Shown here piece by piece: positions 18,332 through 26,967 of a stretch of 64,000 nt of DNA. Where the stretch lies: NCBI GenBank assembly GCA_050296515.1, contig JBNKRJ010000003.1, positions 462 to 64,461 on the forward strand, read 5' to 3'. The DNA comes from Bacteroidales bacterium (GTDB taxonomy: Bacteria > Bacteroidota > Bacteroidia > Bacteroidales > NBLH01). The notes beneath the pieces were generated by a model. The model worked only from the letters and a program-made list of their open reading frames with translations. It ran no database searches and had not been told where the DNA came from. Position 1 is the first letter of the stretch. The number at the start of each line of letters is the position of its first letter. A program made the translations under genes and the position numbers.

Positions 18332-18757
18332 TCAGTTATTCATATACTCACTTTTGGTTCTGTCTTCAAGGTAGAACACATCATAAAGTATTTCATCTTT
18401 ATCATGCTTGCCAATTTTAAGTAGCTTGCCAATTTTTCGTCCAACTTTTGAGCCTTTCTTATGAATCTCTGTTTTCTTCAGAATCTCAAACTCTTTTTTT
18501 TCATCCTTAAGAAGCATAACATCCATATCAATATCTGCAATTGAATCTGCGGTGAACACAATTCTTATGTGCTGCTCTTCTTTATATGGCAAATCATCAT
18601 AAAATACTTCCTTTATAGGAATTACATTTTCTACTTCGCCATTAAAAATAATCTTGAATTTGGCCTCGTCAAGCAATGTGTAAATTTTAATGCTGGCCTG
18701 GCTAAATACAGTAATTGAAAACAGACTGAATATTACTAAAACAACTATCTTTTTCAT
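18332..18757 (-). CDS. hypothetical secreted protein
   Basis: 141 aa. Signal peptide MKKIVVLVIFSLFSITVFSQA. No family recognised. Confidence 0.65.
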   Translation of the reverse strand: MKKIVVLVIFSLFSITVFSQASIKIYTLLDEAKFKIIFNGEVENVIPIKEVFYDDLPYKEEQHIRIVFTADSIADIDMDVMLLKDEKKEFEILKKTEIHKKGSKVGRKIGKLLKIGKHDKDEILYDVFYLEDRTKSEYMNN

Positions 18758-18859
18758 AAACTTAATTTTATGGTTCTATACAATTTTTAAATATTTTTTA
18801 AAATCTTTGAGATGGTGTATTCAATGTACTCACATCTTCCTATCTAAAATACAAAGATA

Positions 18860-19732
18860 CTAAAAGCTTTTTTTAATTGATTTCCCTGCAGGTTCCTCCA
18901 TATTTCTTAAATCCAGATTAGGTTTTACCACCCAGTAACCATCAATGAACCGGATGCCATCCTGCGAAAGATCCGGCCCATAATACATGTATTGTCCTGT
19001 AAACTTTTTGTGTGAGGGGGCCAAATGATCATAAACAATCATTTTTATCTTTTTATCGTAACGAAGCATCATTTTTACCTGCTTGGCAAACTCAAAAACC
19101 AGCCTGTTTTTAACTCCTTGTTCCATTTTAAAAATTGGGGGCCCCAGAATCAGCTTATTTCCATCAATATAAAAACATTCAACCACTTTTTTATTGGTAA
19201 AATTATTGTTTCCATCCCACCCAAGCAGGGTATAATAAGTATTTTCCCCTGCGGTAGTTGTTTCAACATGGTAATACAAAGCTCCATACCAGTTTTTTTC
19301 TGTCAGCTTTTCAAACTCCGGATTCTCAATTTTATCCGAAGCATCTGTCAGTTTAAAAAGCTTCAGTTTTTTGCCTTTTTTATCCACTTGTTGAATATAG
19401 GCAAAATACTCATACTCACCACTTTGCTTTGGAAAGTTCCAACTTATTACCCTCACAAGACTATCAGCAGCATACAGTTTCGACACATTTTTCAAGCTGT
19501 CAAACTTGTATTCAAACGATTCTTTTTTAGCAAGAGCAGCATCGAAAAAATTAATAATTTCATCATTAACCCTTTGTCTTGTTTCATCATTCTTCGCTAT
19601 AATCAACTGCTGAAACGCAAATTGGATACTATCTTCGTACTGCTTAATTGAGGTTTTTTCCTGTGAGAAAATTGTCCCAAAACACAAAACAATAATTAGA
19701 TTTGAAATCAGGAAACGTAACTGACTATTCAT
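18860..19732 (-). CDS. hypothetical secreted protein
   Basis: 290 aa. Signal peptide FLISNLIIVLCFGTIFSQ and normal amino-acid composition. The antisense 208-aa ORF (19025..19651) is F/I/L-rich junk. Confidence 0.7.
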   Translation of the reverse strand: MNSQLRFLISNLIIVLCFGTIFSQEKTSIKQYEDSIQFAFQQLIIAKNDETRQRVNDEIINFFDAALAKKESFEYKFDSLKNVSKLYAADSLVRVISWNFPKQSGEYEYFAYIQQVDKKGKKLKLFKLTDASDKIENPEFEKLTEKNWYGALYYHVETTTAGENTYYTLLGWDGNNNFTNKKVVECFYIDGNKLILGPPIFKMEQGVKNRLVFEFAKQVKMMLRYDKKIKMIVYDHLAPSHKKFTGQYMYYGPDLSQDGIRFIDGYWVVKPNLDLRNMEEPAGKSIKKSF

Positions 19733-19865
19733 TTCTTTTGCTTTTAATTTTAGTTAAAACGAATTGATGTAAACATAAGTATACTTTTATTGTTAAAAGT
19801 TTTTAACAGCAGCTCTAAACGACTCAATTACTGCTAAAGTTAAATCTAGTATAATACTTATAATC

Positions 19866-19941
19866 AACCAGGTAACAACACCTGGTTTGGGCACCTGTCA
19901 GGTGTTGTCACCTGACAAATTAATCCTGGCACAACACCAGG
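19866..19941. repeat. hairpin array built from CCTGG / CAGGTG / ACAACACC words
   Basis: 'aaccaggt aacaac acctggtt' (19866-19887). 'cacct gtc aggtg' (19892-19904). 'cctgg cacaaca ccagg' (19925-19941). The central 'ggtgttgt' (19901-19908) is complementary to both flanking 'acaacacc' words. Confidence 0.6.
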
Positions 19942-20199
19942 GTAAAACATTATCAAATTCGTCTGCAATTCCTTTTACAACTTATACAGAATGATTATCA
20001 TGTAACAGTAAATAAATTTCCTTAACATACTAATTCTTCGGCATTACACCAAAGCCTCTTTTATTATCTTGATAGCGGTTTGGTATTATATCATTTTTGC
20101 TAAATAAAATTACCTGAAGCTTTATGACCAAAGTAAAGAAAGAACCAATGCTTATAACTATTGTCCACTTCCGGCTTCTAACTTCTGTCTTCCAACTTT

Positions 20200-20907
20200 C
20201 TACTCTTTACTAATTTTGCTAAGCAACGATTTTACTTCCTCAATAGCTGCTTTTGAGCTCATTGAGTTATTAGTGTTTTTGAATTGTTGGTTAATTTCTA
20301 CCAGACAATTACGCACTTCTTCACTAATTTCATATTCAGTATAAACGTCGTTTATTTCTTCTTTCATCAATTCAAGATGAGTGGTTTCTTCAACATGGCT
20401 GGGCAAATTTTCAGGATCATCCCTCATTTGTTCAATCCTTTTACTATGTTTTTCAAGTGCCTGCAACTTTGATTGAGCCATTGTTTCATCATCCTTTTTC
20501 TTTTTGATTAATAGCATCTTCTCTTTTGAGGCCTGGTATTTTTGGATCAACCCTTCGTAAAGTTGAATTTTCGCCTTTCGCAATTCAATTTCATACAGGT
20601 ACCCTTGTACCACTTCATCACATTTCTCTAAAACCAGCCTGTCAATCGATTTATTTTCTTCAAGCGAACGGATTTCCTGATACATCTCCAATTCCTCATA
20701 CCAAAACCGTTGTGGAACTTCAAAAGAATCCCTGATAGCTTCAATGGCCCAATTTCTTATCTGGTCATTTTCATCGCCAGCCTTTTTTATTTCAGATGTG
20801 CAGTTACTAATAGATGCCTCAAGTTTTAAAAGAATGTCCTCCTCCCTGGAGATGTGCTCATTATCAACAGGTTTCTTCGACTTAAAAATTTTCTTAATCC
20901 AGCTCAT
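20200..20907 (-). CDS. hypothetical coiled-coil protein
   Basis: 235 aa, E/K/L/Q-rich with heptad-like stretches (e.g. LEKHSKRIEQMRDD, IELRKAKIQLYEGLIQKYQASKEKM). No signal peptide and no family recognised. Confidence 0.6.
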   Translation of the reverse strand: MSWIKKIFKSKKPVDNEHISREEDILLKLEASISNCTSEIKKAGDENDQIRNWAIEAIRDSFEVPQRFWYEELEMYQEIRSLEENKSIDRLVLEKCDEVVQGYLYEIELRKAKIQLYEGLIQKYQASKEKMLLIKKKKDDETMAQSKLQALEKHSKRIEQMRDDPENLPSHVEETTHLELMKEEINDVYTEYEISEEVRNCLVEINQQFKNTNNSMSSKAAIEEVKSLLSKISKE

Positions 20908-20932
20908 TTTACAGAAATTGGTGTATTAATGT

Positions 20933-21118
20933 ATTAGACATTAGCCTGTCGGAATATCCGAGCTTTTGAACTAACCTTGCTATCTAATTTTACAGTGTCA
21001 TGTCAAGTGTCAACTTTCAGGTAAGTCATTAGACATTAGTCAATGGTCATTAATTAACAAACTGACTATCAACCAACTAGTGTAAAAATCTAACAACCAA
21101 TGATTTAATGACCAATGA
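20933..21118. repeat. intergenic word-repeat region
   Basis: 'attagacattag' occurs at 20933-20944 and 21028-21039. 'tcaatggtcattaa' (21040-21053) is the near-inverse of 'ttaatgaccaatga' (21105-21118). A 'gtgtcatgtcaagtgtcaac' run is also present. Confidence 0.55.
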
Positions 21119-21127
21119 CCTAAATTC

Positions 21128-21994
21128 TTACTTAATCCCCCTGAGTTTCTTTATTTTCTCATAAGCTTCATTTACTTCCTGCACTCTCTCCATAATTTCT
21201 TTTCTATACTGTTCACTTTTATCCATTGCTCTGTCAGGATGGTATTTCTTCACTAACTCTCTGTAAGCTTTTTTTATTTCATCATTACTTGCATTGTATT
21301 CAATTCCTAAAATAAAGTAAGGGTCATTAGCCTGGGCAAAAAACTGTTGAAAAAATCGGTTTCCAGTACTACTTCTCTGCTGTTGTTCTCTTTGATAATA
21401 TTCGTACGCCTCTCCAGACTCATCCTTATTAATTACTTTGGATTTAATAAAATGGAAACGATTCTTTCCAATGCGCAGATACTTGCCTATTTTTAACAAA
21501 ACATCTTCTTCAACTTGCGAATACACGCCATCTGAAGCAGCCATAGCAAATAGCTGAAACATAATTGTTACCCGGTAAGTGGATTTCATTTTAACAAGGG
21601 GCTTGCAAATCTGAAGAATGCTTTCTTCAATCTCAGGTTTGGATTTAATGAATAACTCAGTAGCTCGCCCAATGTCTTCACCAAACTCTTTACCAATATA
21701 ATTCTTGAGCTTATTCTGCTCATTTTCAGACACGTTACCATCTGCTGTAAAAATCTTAATTGATAATTTCACAAAGGCAACACCAACAGGTCCGGCAGCC
21801 AGGTATATCTTAAAACCAGGGTTAACAAATTCAAACAGCACCCTGGGACCAACAGAAATACCTAAAACGTAAAACAATATCATTAGCATAATGGTCCCTT
21901 CACCCCCAAGTGAAAGTATTACTCCAATGATAACCGCTATAATAATTCCTGCAGCACCAATCAGTATTTTTGTACCGTTGTAATAAGTATTCAA
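21128..21994 (-). CDS. DjlA-like membrane co-chaperone (TM + TerB-like domain + C-terminal J domain)
   Basis: N-terminal TM helices. C-terminal J domain DPYFILGIEYNASNDEIKKAYRELVKKYHPDR with the HPD motif. TTG start. Confidence 0.8.
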   Translation of the reverse strand: MNTYYNGTKILIGAAGIIIAVIIGVILSLGGEGTIMLMILFYVLGISVGPRVLFEFVNPGFKIYLAAGPVGVAFVKLSIKIFTADGNVSENEQNKLKNYIGKEFGEDIGRATELFIKSKPEIEESILQICKPLVKMKSTYRVTIMFQLFAMAASDGVYSQVEEDVLLKIGKYLRIGKNRFHFIKSKVINKDESGEAYEYYQREQQQRSSTGNRFFQQFFAQANDPYFILGIEYNASNDEIKKAYRELVKKYHPDRAMDKSEQYRKEIMERVQEVNEAYEKIKKLRGIK

Positions 21995-22023
21995 TTGACC
22001 TTGAATTATTAAAAACTATAAAA

Positions 22024-23442
22024 CTAGTAGTTTTTCACCAATAAACGAGGCTCCATCATTTCATGAATTGAATATTTTAGACCTTCGCGACCAAAACCAG
22101 AGTTTTTAACTCCACCGTATGGCATATGATCAACCCTGAAAGTGGGAACATCATTAATAACAACCCCTCCAACTTCAAGATTATCAAAGGCATAATCCAT
22201 TTCATTGATTTTATTCGTAAAAACTCCGGCCTGCAATCCATATTCCGAATTATTGACTTCTTCAATCACATCTTTGTAATTCCCGAATTTTTCCAATGTA
22301 ACCACAGGTCCAAATATCTCAAAAGAGCAAACCTTCATTTGTGGTTTTGATTCAGTAATAACAGTTGGTTCGAAATACCCACCAGATCTTTTACCTCCAC
22401 AAAGCACTTTTGCTCCATCATTCACCGCCTCATTCACCCACGATTCAACTCTTATGGCATTATCCTCATCAATCATGCTTGAGATTTCTGTTGCATCTTC
22501 AAGTGGATTACCAGCTTTTAGGTTCTTTACTTTTTCAACAAATACTTTTGAAAAAACTTCGAAGATGGAAGCTTGAACGTAAATTCGCTGCACATGAATG
22601 CAAACTTGTCCTGAATAGGCAAAAGCACCCATTAAAATCCGATCCATTGCTTTGTTGAAATCTGCACTTTCGCAAACAACAACCCCGGCATTGCCTCCCA
22701 GTTCAAGGGCAACTTTCTTTTTACCGGCTGCAGTTTTCATTTGCCAGCCTACTTCAGGAGAGCCTGTAAAACTCAGCATTTTTATTCGTTCATCTGTTAC
22801 CAGGTTGTTTCCAGCTTCTCTGTCTGTTGGTAAAATAGAAATAGCACCTTTTGGCAGACTTGTTTTGTCAATAATTTTGGCTAATTCCAACACCGAAAGA
22901 GGTGTAGAACGAGCTGGTTTTAAAATAATTGGGTTGCCTGCTGCAATTGCCGGAGCTATTTTATGAACTGCTAAATTCAACGGAAAGTTAAAAGGTGCAA
23001 TTCCTGCGACAAGGCCAATCGGAAAATATTTAACAAGGCCCTCTTTGCCTTGTCCTGCTGGTGTCCAGTCAAGTGAAAAATATTCTTTAGGAAGTCGTTT
23101 TGCCTCTTCCGCAGCCACCAAAAAAGTTTGTGCAGCCCGTCCAATTTCACCCAAAGCATAACGCATCGGCTTCCCTGATTCCTGACTTAAAACACTGGCG
23201 AGCCTGTTTTTGTCCTGTAAAATTGCCTCGGTAATCTCTTTCAGTATTTCATATTTTTGCCATGGAGCAAGTTGTTTCATGGTTTTCTCGGCCTGCTTCC
23301 CTTTTTCAATGGCAATATTTAATAATTCATTGTTGGCAAGGTAGGTTTCTGCAAAAACATTATTTGTATATGGATTGGTCACTTGTAGTTTATTATCAGT
23401 TGTAGTAAATTCACCAGCTAAATATATCTTGTAGTTTTCCAT
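22024..23442 (-). CDS. NAD(P)-dependent aldehyde dehydrogenase
   Basis: ALDH motifs LSFTGSPEVG, ALELGGNAG and catalytic Cys context SGQVCIHVQR. Confidence 0.9.
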   Translation of the reverse strand: MENYKIYLAGEFTTTDNKLQVTNPYTNNVFAETYLANNELLNIAIEKGKQAEKTMKQLAPWQKYEILKEITEAILQDKNRLASVLSQESGKPMRYALGEIGRAAQTFLVAAEEAKRLPKEYFSLDWTPAGQGKEGLVKYFPIGLVAGIAPFNFPLNLAVHKIAPAIAAGNPIILKPARSTPLSVLELAKIIDKTSLPKGAISILPTDREAGNNLVTDERIKMLSFTGSPEVGWQMKTAAGKKKVALELGGNAGVVVCESADFNKAMDRILMGAFAYSGQVCIHVQRIYVQASIFEVFSKVFVEKVKNLKAGNPLEDATEISSMIDEDNAIRVESWVNEAVNDGAKVLCGGKRSGGYFEPTVITESKPQMKVCSFEIFGPVVTLEKFGNYKDVIEEVNNSEYGLQAGVFTNKINEMDYAFDNLEVGGVVINDVPTFRVDHMPYGGVKNSGFGREGLKYSIHEMMEPRLLVKNY

Positions 23443-23778
23443 AATGTAGGTTGATAATTATTATTTAAACAAAATTAATCTTATTTTGGGCTTCAGACAA
23501 TTCCTTTTTTATACCAAACCGCTGTTAGTAGTAAGTTTGCTTCACAAGCTTGCAAACCAAAATTGACAGTCGATCGGCATATACAAAGCCATTTTAAAAT
23601 TTCAATTTACAATATTTCAAACTGGTTTAGTATATTATTTGAAAACTCCTGTTTTCTTTATAAATTGCTTTTGCTAAGCTTGAAATATGAAGACGAAAGA
23701 TAGGAAGTATTAAAAGCTGGTTTAAAGAATTTTAAGTATTGGCATTCATAAAACAATTTTGTAAAAATTTAGTCTATC

Positions 23779-24366
23779 ATGAACAAGTTTTATCTGTTAT
23801 TTAGTCTGACGCTCTTTTCTTTTACCGAAATCAATGCCCAAACCATCCTAAAACTAAACACCACGCTTTACAACGGGCGAAAACAAGCAGTAGAGTGCAA
23901 AGAAGGAACAGTGGCAAGTACAAATACAGATGGGATTTTATTATCTGCTACTTTAAGCAAAGACCAAACATTTTACAATGGGAAAAACGCTCCTGTGAAT
24001 TGCTTAAAAGATTTTCCGGTTATTTTTAATTTCAGGGGGGATCTTGTTAGCGGAACATTGGCATCAACCCAGAAGTTTTACAATGGCAAAAATGTGGTTG
24101 TTCATTGCCTTGAGCACACACAGGTTAGTTTTTTCGATTCAGGCAGGTTAGAATCAGCTATTCTTTCCGAAGGAAAGACATATTACAATGGAAGAAATGC
24201 AGAAGTTCATTGCGTGAACAACAGAAGAATCGTTTTTTACGAAAATGGCACCGTTCAATCTGCCTTTTTAAGTGCACCACAGACTTTTTTCAACTCAAAA
24301 AATCAAGCTGTCCACTTTAATAAAGGCAGCATGGTGTATTTCAGCGAGTTGGGGTATGTGAATTAA
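23779..24366 (+). CDS. secreted protein made of five tandem ~35-aa repeats
   Basis: Signal peptide MNKFYLLFSLTLFSFTEINAQ. It is followed by repeats of the form (T/K)(F/Y)YNG(K/R)NA.V.C.....V.F...G.L.SA.LS..Q. Confidence 0.7.
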   Translation: MNKFYLLFSLTLFSFTEINAQTILKLNTTLYNGRKQAVECKEGTVASTNTDGILLSATLSKDQTFYNGKNAPVNCLKDFPVIFNFRGDLVSGTLASTQKFYNGKNVVVHCLEHTQVSFFDSGRLESAILSEGKTYYNGRNAEVHCVNNRRIVFYENGTVQSAFLSAPQTFFNSKNQAVHFNKGSMVYFSELGYVN

Positions 24367-24610
24367 TTAAAACATTGATTAACTGAATATTCAGATTAAA
24401 TTCTCATTAAAGCAATCACATTATTTTGCATTAAAAACAGCTCGAAGTTCGAGCTGGAAGTTGGAAAAATAATATCCACAACCTAACTTCTTCCTACTTC
24501 AAATTACTCGCTTTGTTCCTAAAATATTTATTACGCTCTATTTTTAGCAACATCATTTCTACTTAATTCAAAAAACCGCTACTTTTGAACTTTATGTAAG
24601 AATGAAGAGA

Positions 24611-24715
24611 AATGAAACAAGCATGATTAAAACAACTAAACGAAGTGTTCTCACGAGCTTGCGAGTAATCATTAAACACACACGAGAATGATTATTTTAA
24701 TCATGCGGTTCCATC
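24611..24715 (-). repeat. modular mini-hairpin intergenic repeat, diverged copy 3
   Basis: 'aacgaagtgttctcacgagc' matches copy 1 'aacgaagtgatcttatgagc' at 17 of 20 positions. It is closed by a perfect 12-bp inverted repeat 'gcatgattaaaa' (24621-24632) / 'ttttaatcatgc' (24695-24706). Confidence 0.55.
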
Positions 24716-24746
24716 TGCCCTATTGAAGTAATTTTAAAACAAACAG

Positions 24747-25946
24747 ATGAAAGGAAAGCATATTCTAATTGGAGTTTCTGCTGGTATTGCTGCCTATAAA
24801 ACAGCCCATTTAACAAGGCTTTTTGTTACTGCAGGAGCAGAAGTTAAAATTATAATGACTCCAATGGCCAAGGAGTTTATTACCCCATTAACGTTGGCAA
24901 CTTTATCAAAAAATCCAATTTTGGTTGATTTTTTTAATCCTGAAAATGGTGCTTGGAACAGCCACGTTGATATTGGATTGTGGGCAGATGTTATGTTGGT
25001 TGCGCCCGCGACAGCAAACACTTTGGCAAAAATGGCCCATGGGATTGCTGATAATTTATTACTAACCACTTATCTGTCTGCTAAATGTCCTGTATTTTTT
25101 GCACCAACCATGGATTTGGATATGTTCAAACATCCTGCTACTCAGCAAAATATCAGAATTTTGAACGAACGTGGAAATTACTGTATTGATGCAGCAAGTG
25201 GAGAGTTGGCTAGTGGTTTAATCGGAAAAGGACGAATGGCTGAGCCAGAAGAAATTTTCAACCACATTGAACTTTTTTTTGCGCCAAAACAGAGTTTTGA
25301 AGGAAAGAAAGTAATAGTCACTGCAGGTCCTACCTATGAAGCAATTGATCCTGTAAGGTTTATTGGAAATTATTCATCGGGTAAAATGGGATATGCATTG
25401 GCACATGAACTAAAAAGGCATGGTGCTGAAGTGCTGCTTATCAGTGGCCCTGTCAACCTTGAAGCACCTGAAGGTGTAAAATTACTGAAGGTAACAACTG
25501 CTGATGAGATGTATAATGCTTGTGTTGAAAATTATCCAAATTACGACATTGCGATTATGAATGCGGCTGTGGCAGATTACACCCCATCTGTTAAATTTGA
25601 TAAAAAGGTAAAGCGAAAAGACAACGACATGAAAATTGAGCTTAAACCAACACGTGATATTGCTCAAAAACTTGGCGAAATGAAAAGGGAGGATCAGTTC
25701 CTGGCAGGCTTTGCATTAGAGACTGATAATGAGATGGATAATGCATTTGCAAAAATGAAAAAGAAAAACCTGGATTGCATTATTTTAAACTCACTACAGG
25801 ATGAAGGCGCAGGCTTTAACTATGATACTAACAAAGTTACAGTAATTGATTCGGATAATAATATTACTAAATTTGAGTTAAAAACTAAGCAGGAAATTGC
25901 ACGCGATATAATCAATGAATTAAACAAACAGTTTCATGAAGATTAA
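24747..25946 (+). CDS. coaBC: bifunctional phosphopantothenoylcysteine decarboxylase / phosphopantothenate-cysteine ligase
   Basis: N-terminal flavoprotein motif ILIGVSAGIAAYK. CoaB motif TAGPTYEAIDPVRFIGNYSSGKMG. Confidence 0.92.
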   Translation: MKGKHILIGVSAGIAAYKTAHLTRLFVTAGAEVKIIMTPMAKEFITPLTLATLSKNPILVDFFNPENGAWNSHVDIGLWADVMLVAPATANTLAKMAHGIADNLLLTTYLSAKCPVFFAPTMDLDMFKHPATQQNIRILNERGNYCIDAASGELASGLIGKGRMAEPEEIFNHIELFFAPKQSFEGKKVIVTAGPTYEAIDPVRFIGNYSSGKMGYALAHELKRHGAEVLLISGPVNLEAPEGVKLLKVTTADEMYNACVENYPNYDIAIMNAAVADYTPSVKFDKKVKRKDNDMKIELKPTRDIAQKLGEMKREDQFLAGFALETDNEMDNAFAKMKKKNLDCIILNSLQDEGAGFNYDTNKVTVIDSDNNITKFELKTKQEIARDIINELNKQFHED

Positions 25947-26880
25947 AAAATACAAAACACGAACCTTAAACTTACATGTTATAATTATTCTAATTATTTC
26001 GATTGTATTTAACTTTAATTTAAATGCACAGGAGCTCAGGTGCAATGTTCAGATTCAAAAGCCTCAGGCTCAAAGTGGTTCTGAACAGTTATTCCAGGAT
26101 ATGCAACGCTCTATTTATGAGTTTATGAATACACGCAAATGGACCAACAATGTCTTTGAAAATGATGAGCGTATTGAATGTTCTATTTTAATAAAAATTT
26201 CGGGTTTTACAGGAAGTCGATTTGCTGCTACACTTCAGGTAATTTCAAACCGACCTGTTTATGGAACATCCTTACAAACACCCATAATTAACTACAAGGA
26301 AGAGGACAATTTATTTGAATTCGAATATATTCAAAATCAGAATCTCGAATTTAATGAAAACAGGCATACTTCAAATCTAACCGCTGTTCTGGCTTTTTAT
26401 GCCTACATCATTCTTGGTCTTGATTATGATTCGTTTTCTATGCAAGGCGGCACAGAGTTTTTCCAGAAGGCACAAAAAATTGTTAATAACGCCCAGGCAT
26501 CAAATAGCAAAGGATGGAAAGCCTACGAAGCGAGAAAACAGGATAACAGGTATTTTCTTATAGAAAACCTGATGAACAGTAAATATGGAGCTGTTCGCAG
26601 GGCAAGTTATCGTTATCATCGCCTTGGCCTGGATTTAATGCATACAAAACTCGAAGCTGGCAGGAATGAAGTTGCTGAAAGTCTTAAATTCATACAACGT
26701 GTTTATCGCCAACAACCTAACTTGTTCATTATAAAGCTTTTCTTTGATGCAAAATACCAGGAACTTATTAATATTTTTACTGAATCATTTGCTGCTGAAA
26801 AAACCAAGGTTTATAATATTTTAAAGGAAATTGACCCTGCACATCTTACTAAATATGAAAAGTTAGTAAAAGCAAATTAA
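25936..26880 (+). CDS. DUF4835-like secreted protein
   Basis: Overlaps the coaBC stop by 11 nt and sits in the coaBC-X-recN arrangement common in Bacteroidota. It contains segments such as ELRCNVQIQ and ISNRPVYGTSLQTP. The family call is from memory and needs an HMM check. Confidence 0.65.
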   Translation: MKIKKYKTRTLNLHVIIILIISIVFNFNLNAQELRCNVQIQKPQAQSGSEQLFQDMQRSIYEFMNTRKWTNNVFENDERIECSILIKISGFTGSRFAATLQVISNRPVYGTSLQTPIINYKEEDNLFEFEYIQNQNLEFNENRHTSNLTAVLAFYAYIILGLDYDSFSMQGGTEFFQKAQKIVNNAQASNSKGWKAYEARKQDNRYFLIENLMNSKYGAVRRASYRYHRLGLDLMHTKLEAGRNEVAESLKFIQRVYRQQPNLFIIKLFFDAKYQELINIFTESFAAEKTKVYNILKEIDPAHLTKYEKLVKAN

Positions 26881-26967
26881 AAAAGAGCTTTGATTGTTGA
26901 TAAAAAGGAATTTTTCATAAAATTAGATTTATTAATTTTACATTCTGAAAAATAAAATTGATTCGAA

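Noticed and set aside
19025-19651. 208-aa ORF antisense to 18860..19732
   Set aside because: Its sequence is F/I/L/K-rich with poly-F runs, typical of the antisense strand of an AT-rich gene. The minus-strand protein has a signal peptide and balanced composition.
22077-23159. Six ORFs of 60-104 aa (four antisense, two sense out-of-frame) inside the aldehyde dehydrogenase gene
   Set aside because: They are fully contained in a gene with unambiguous ALDH motifs. They have no independent start context and biased composition.
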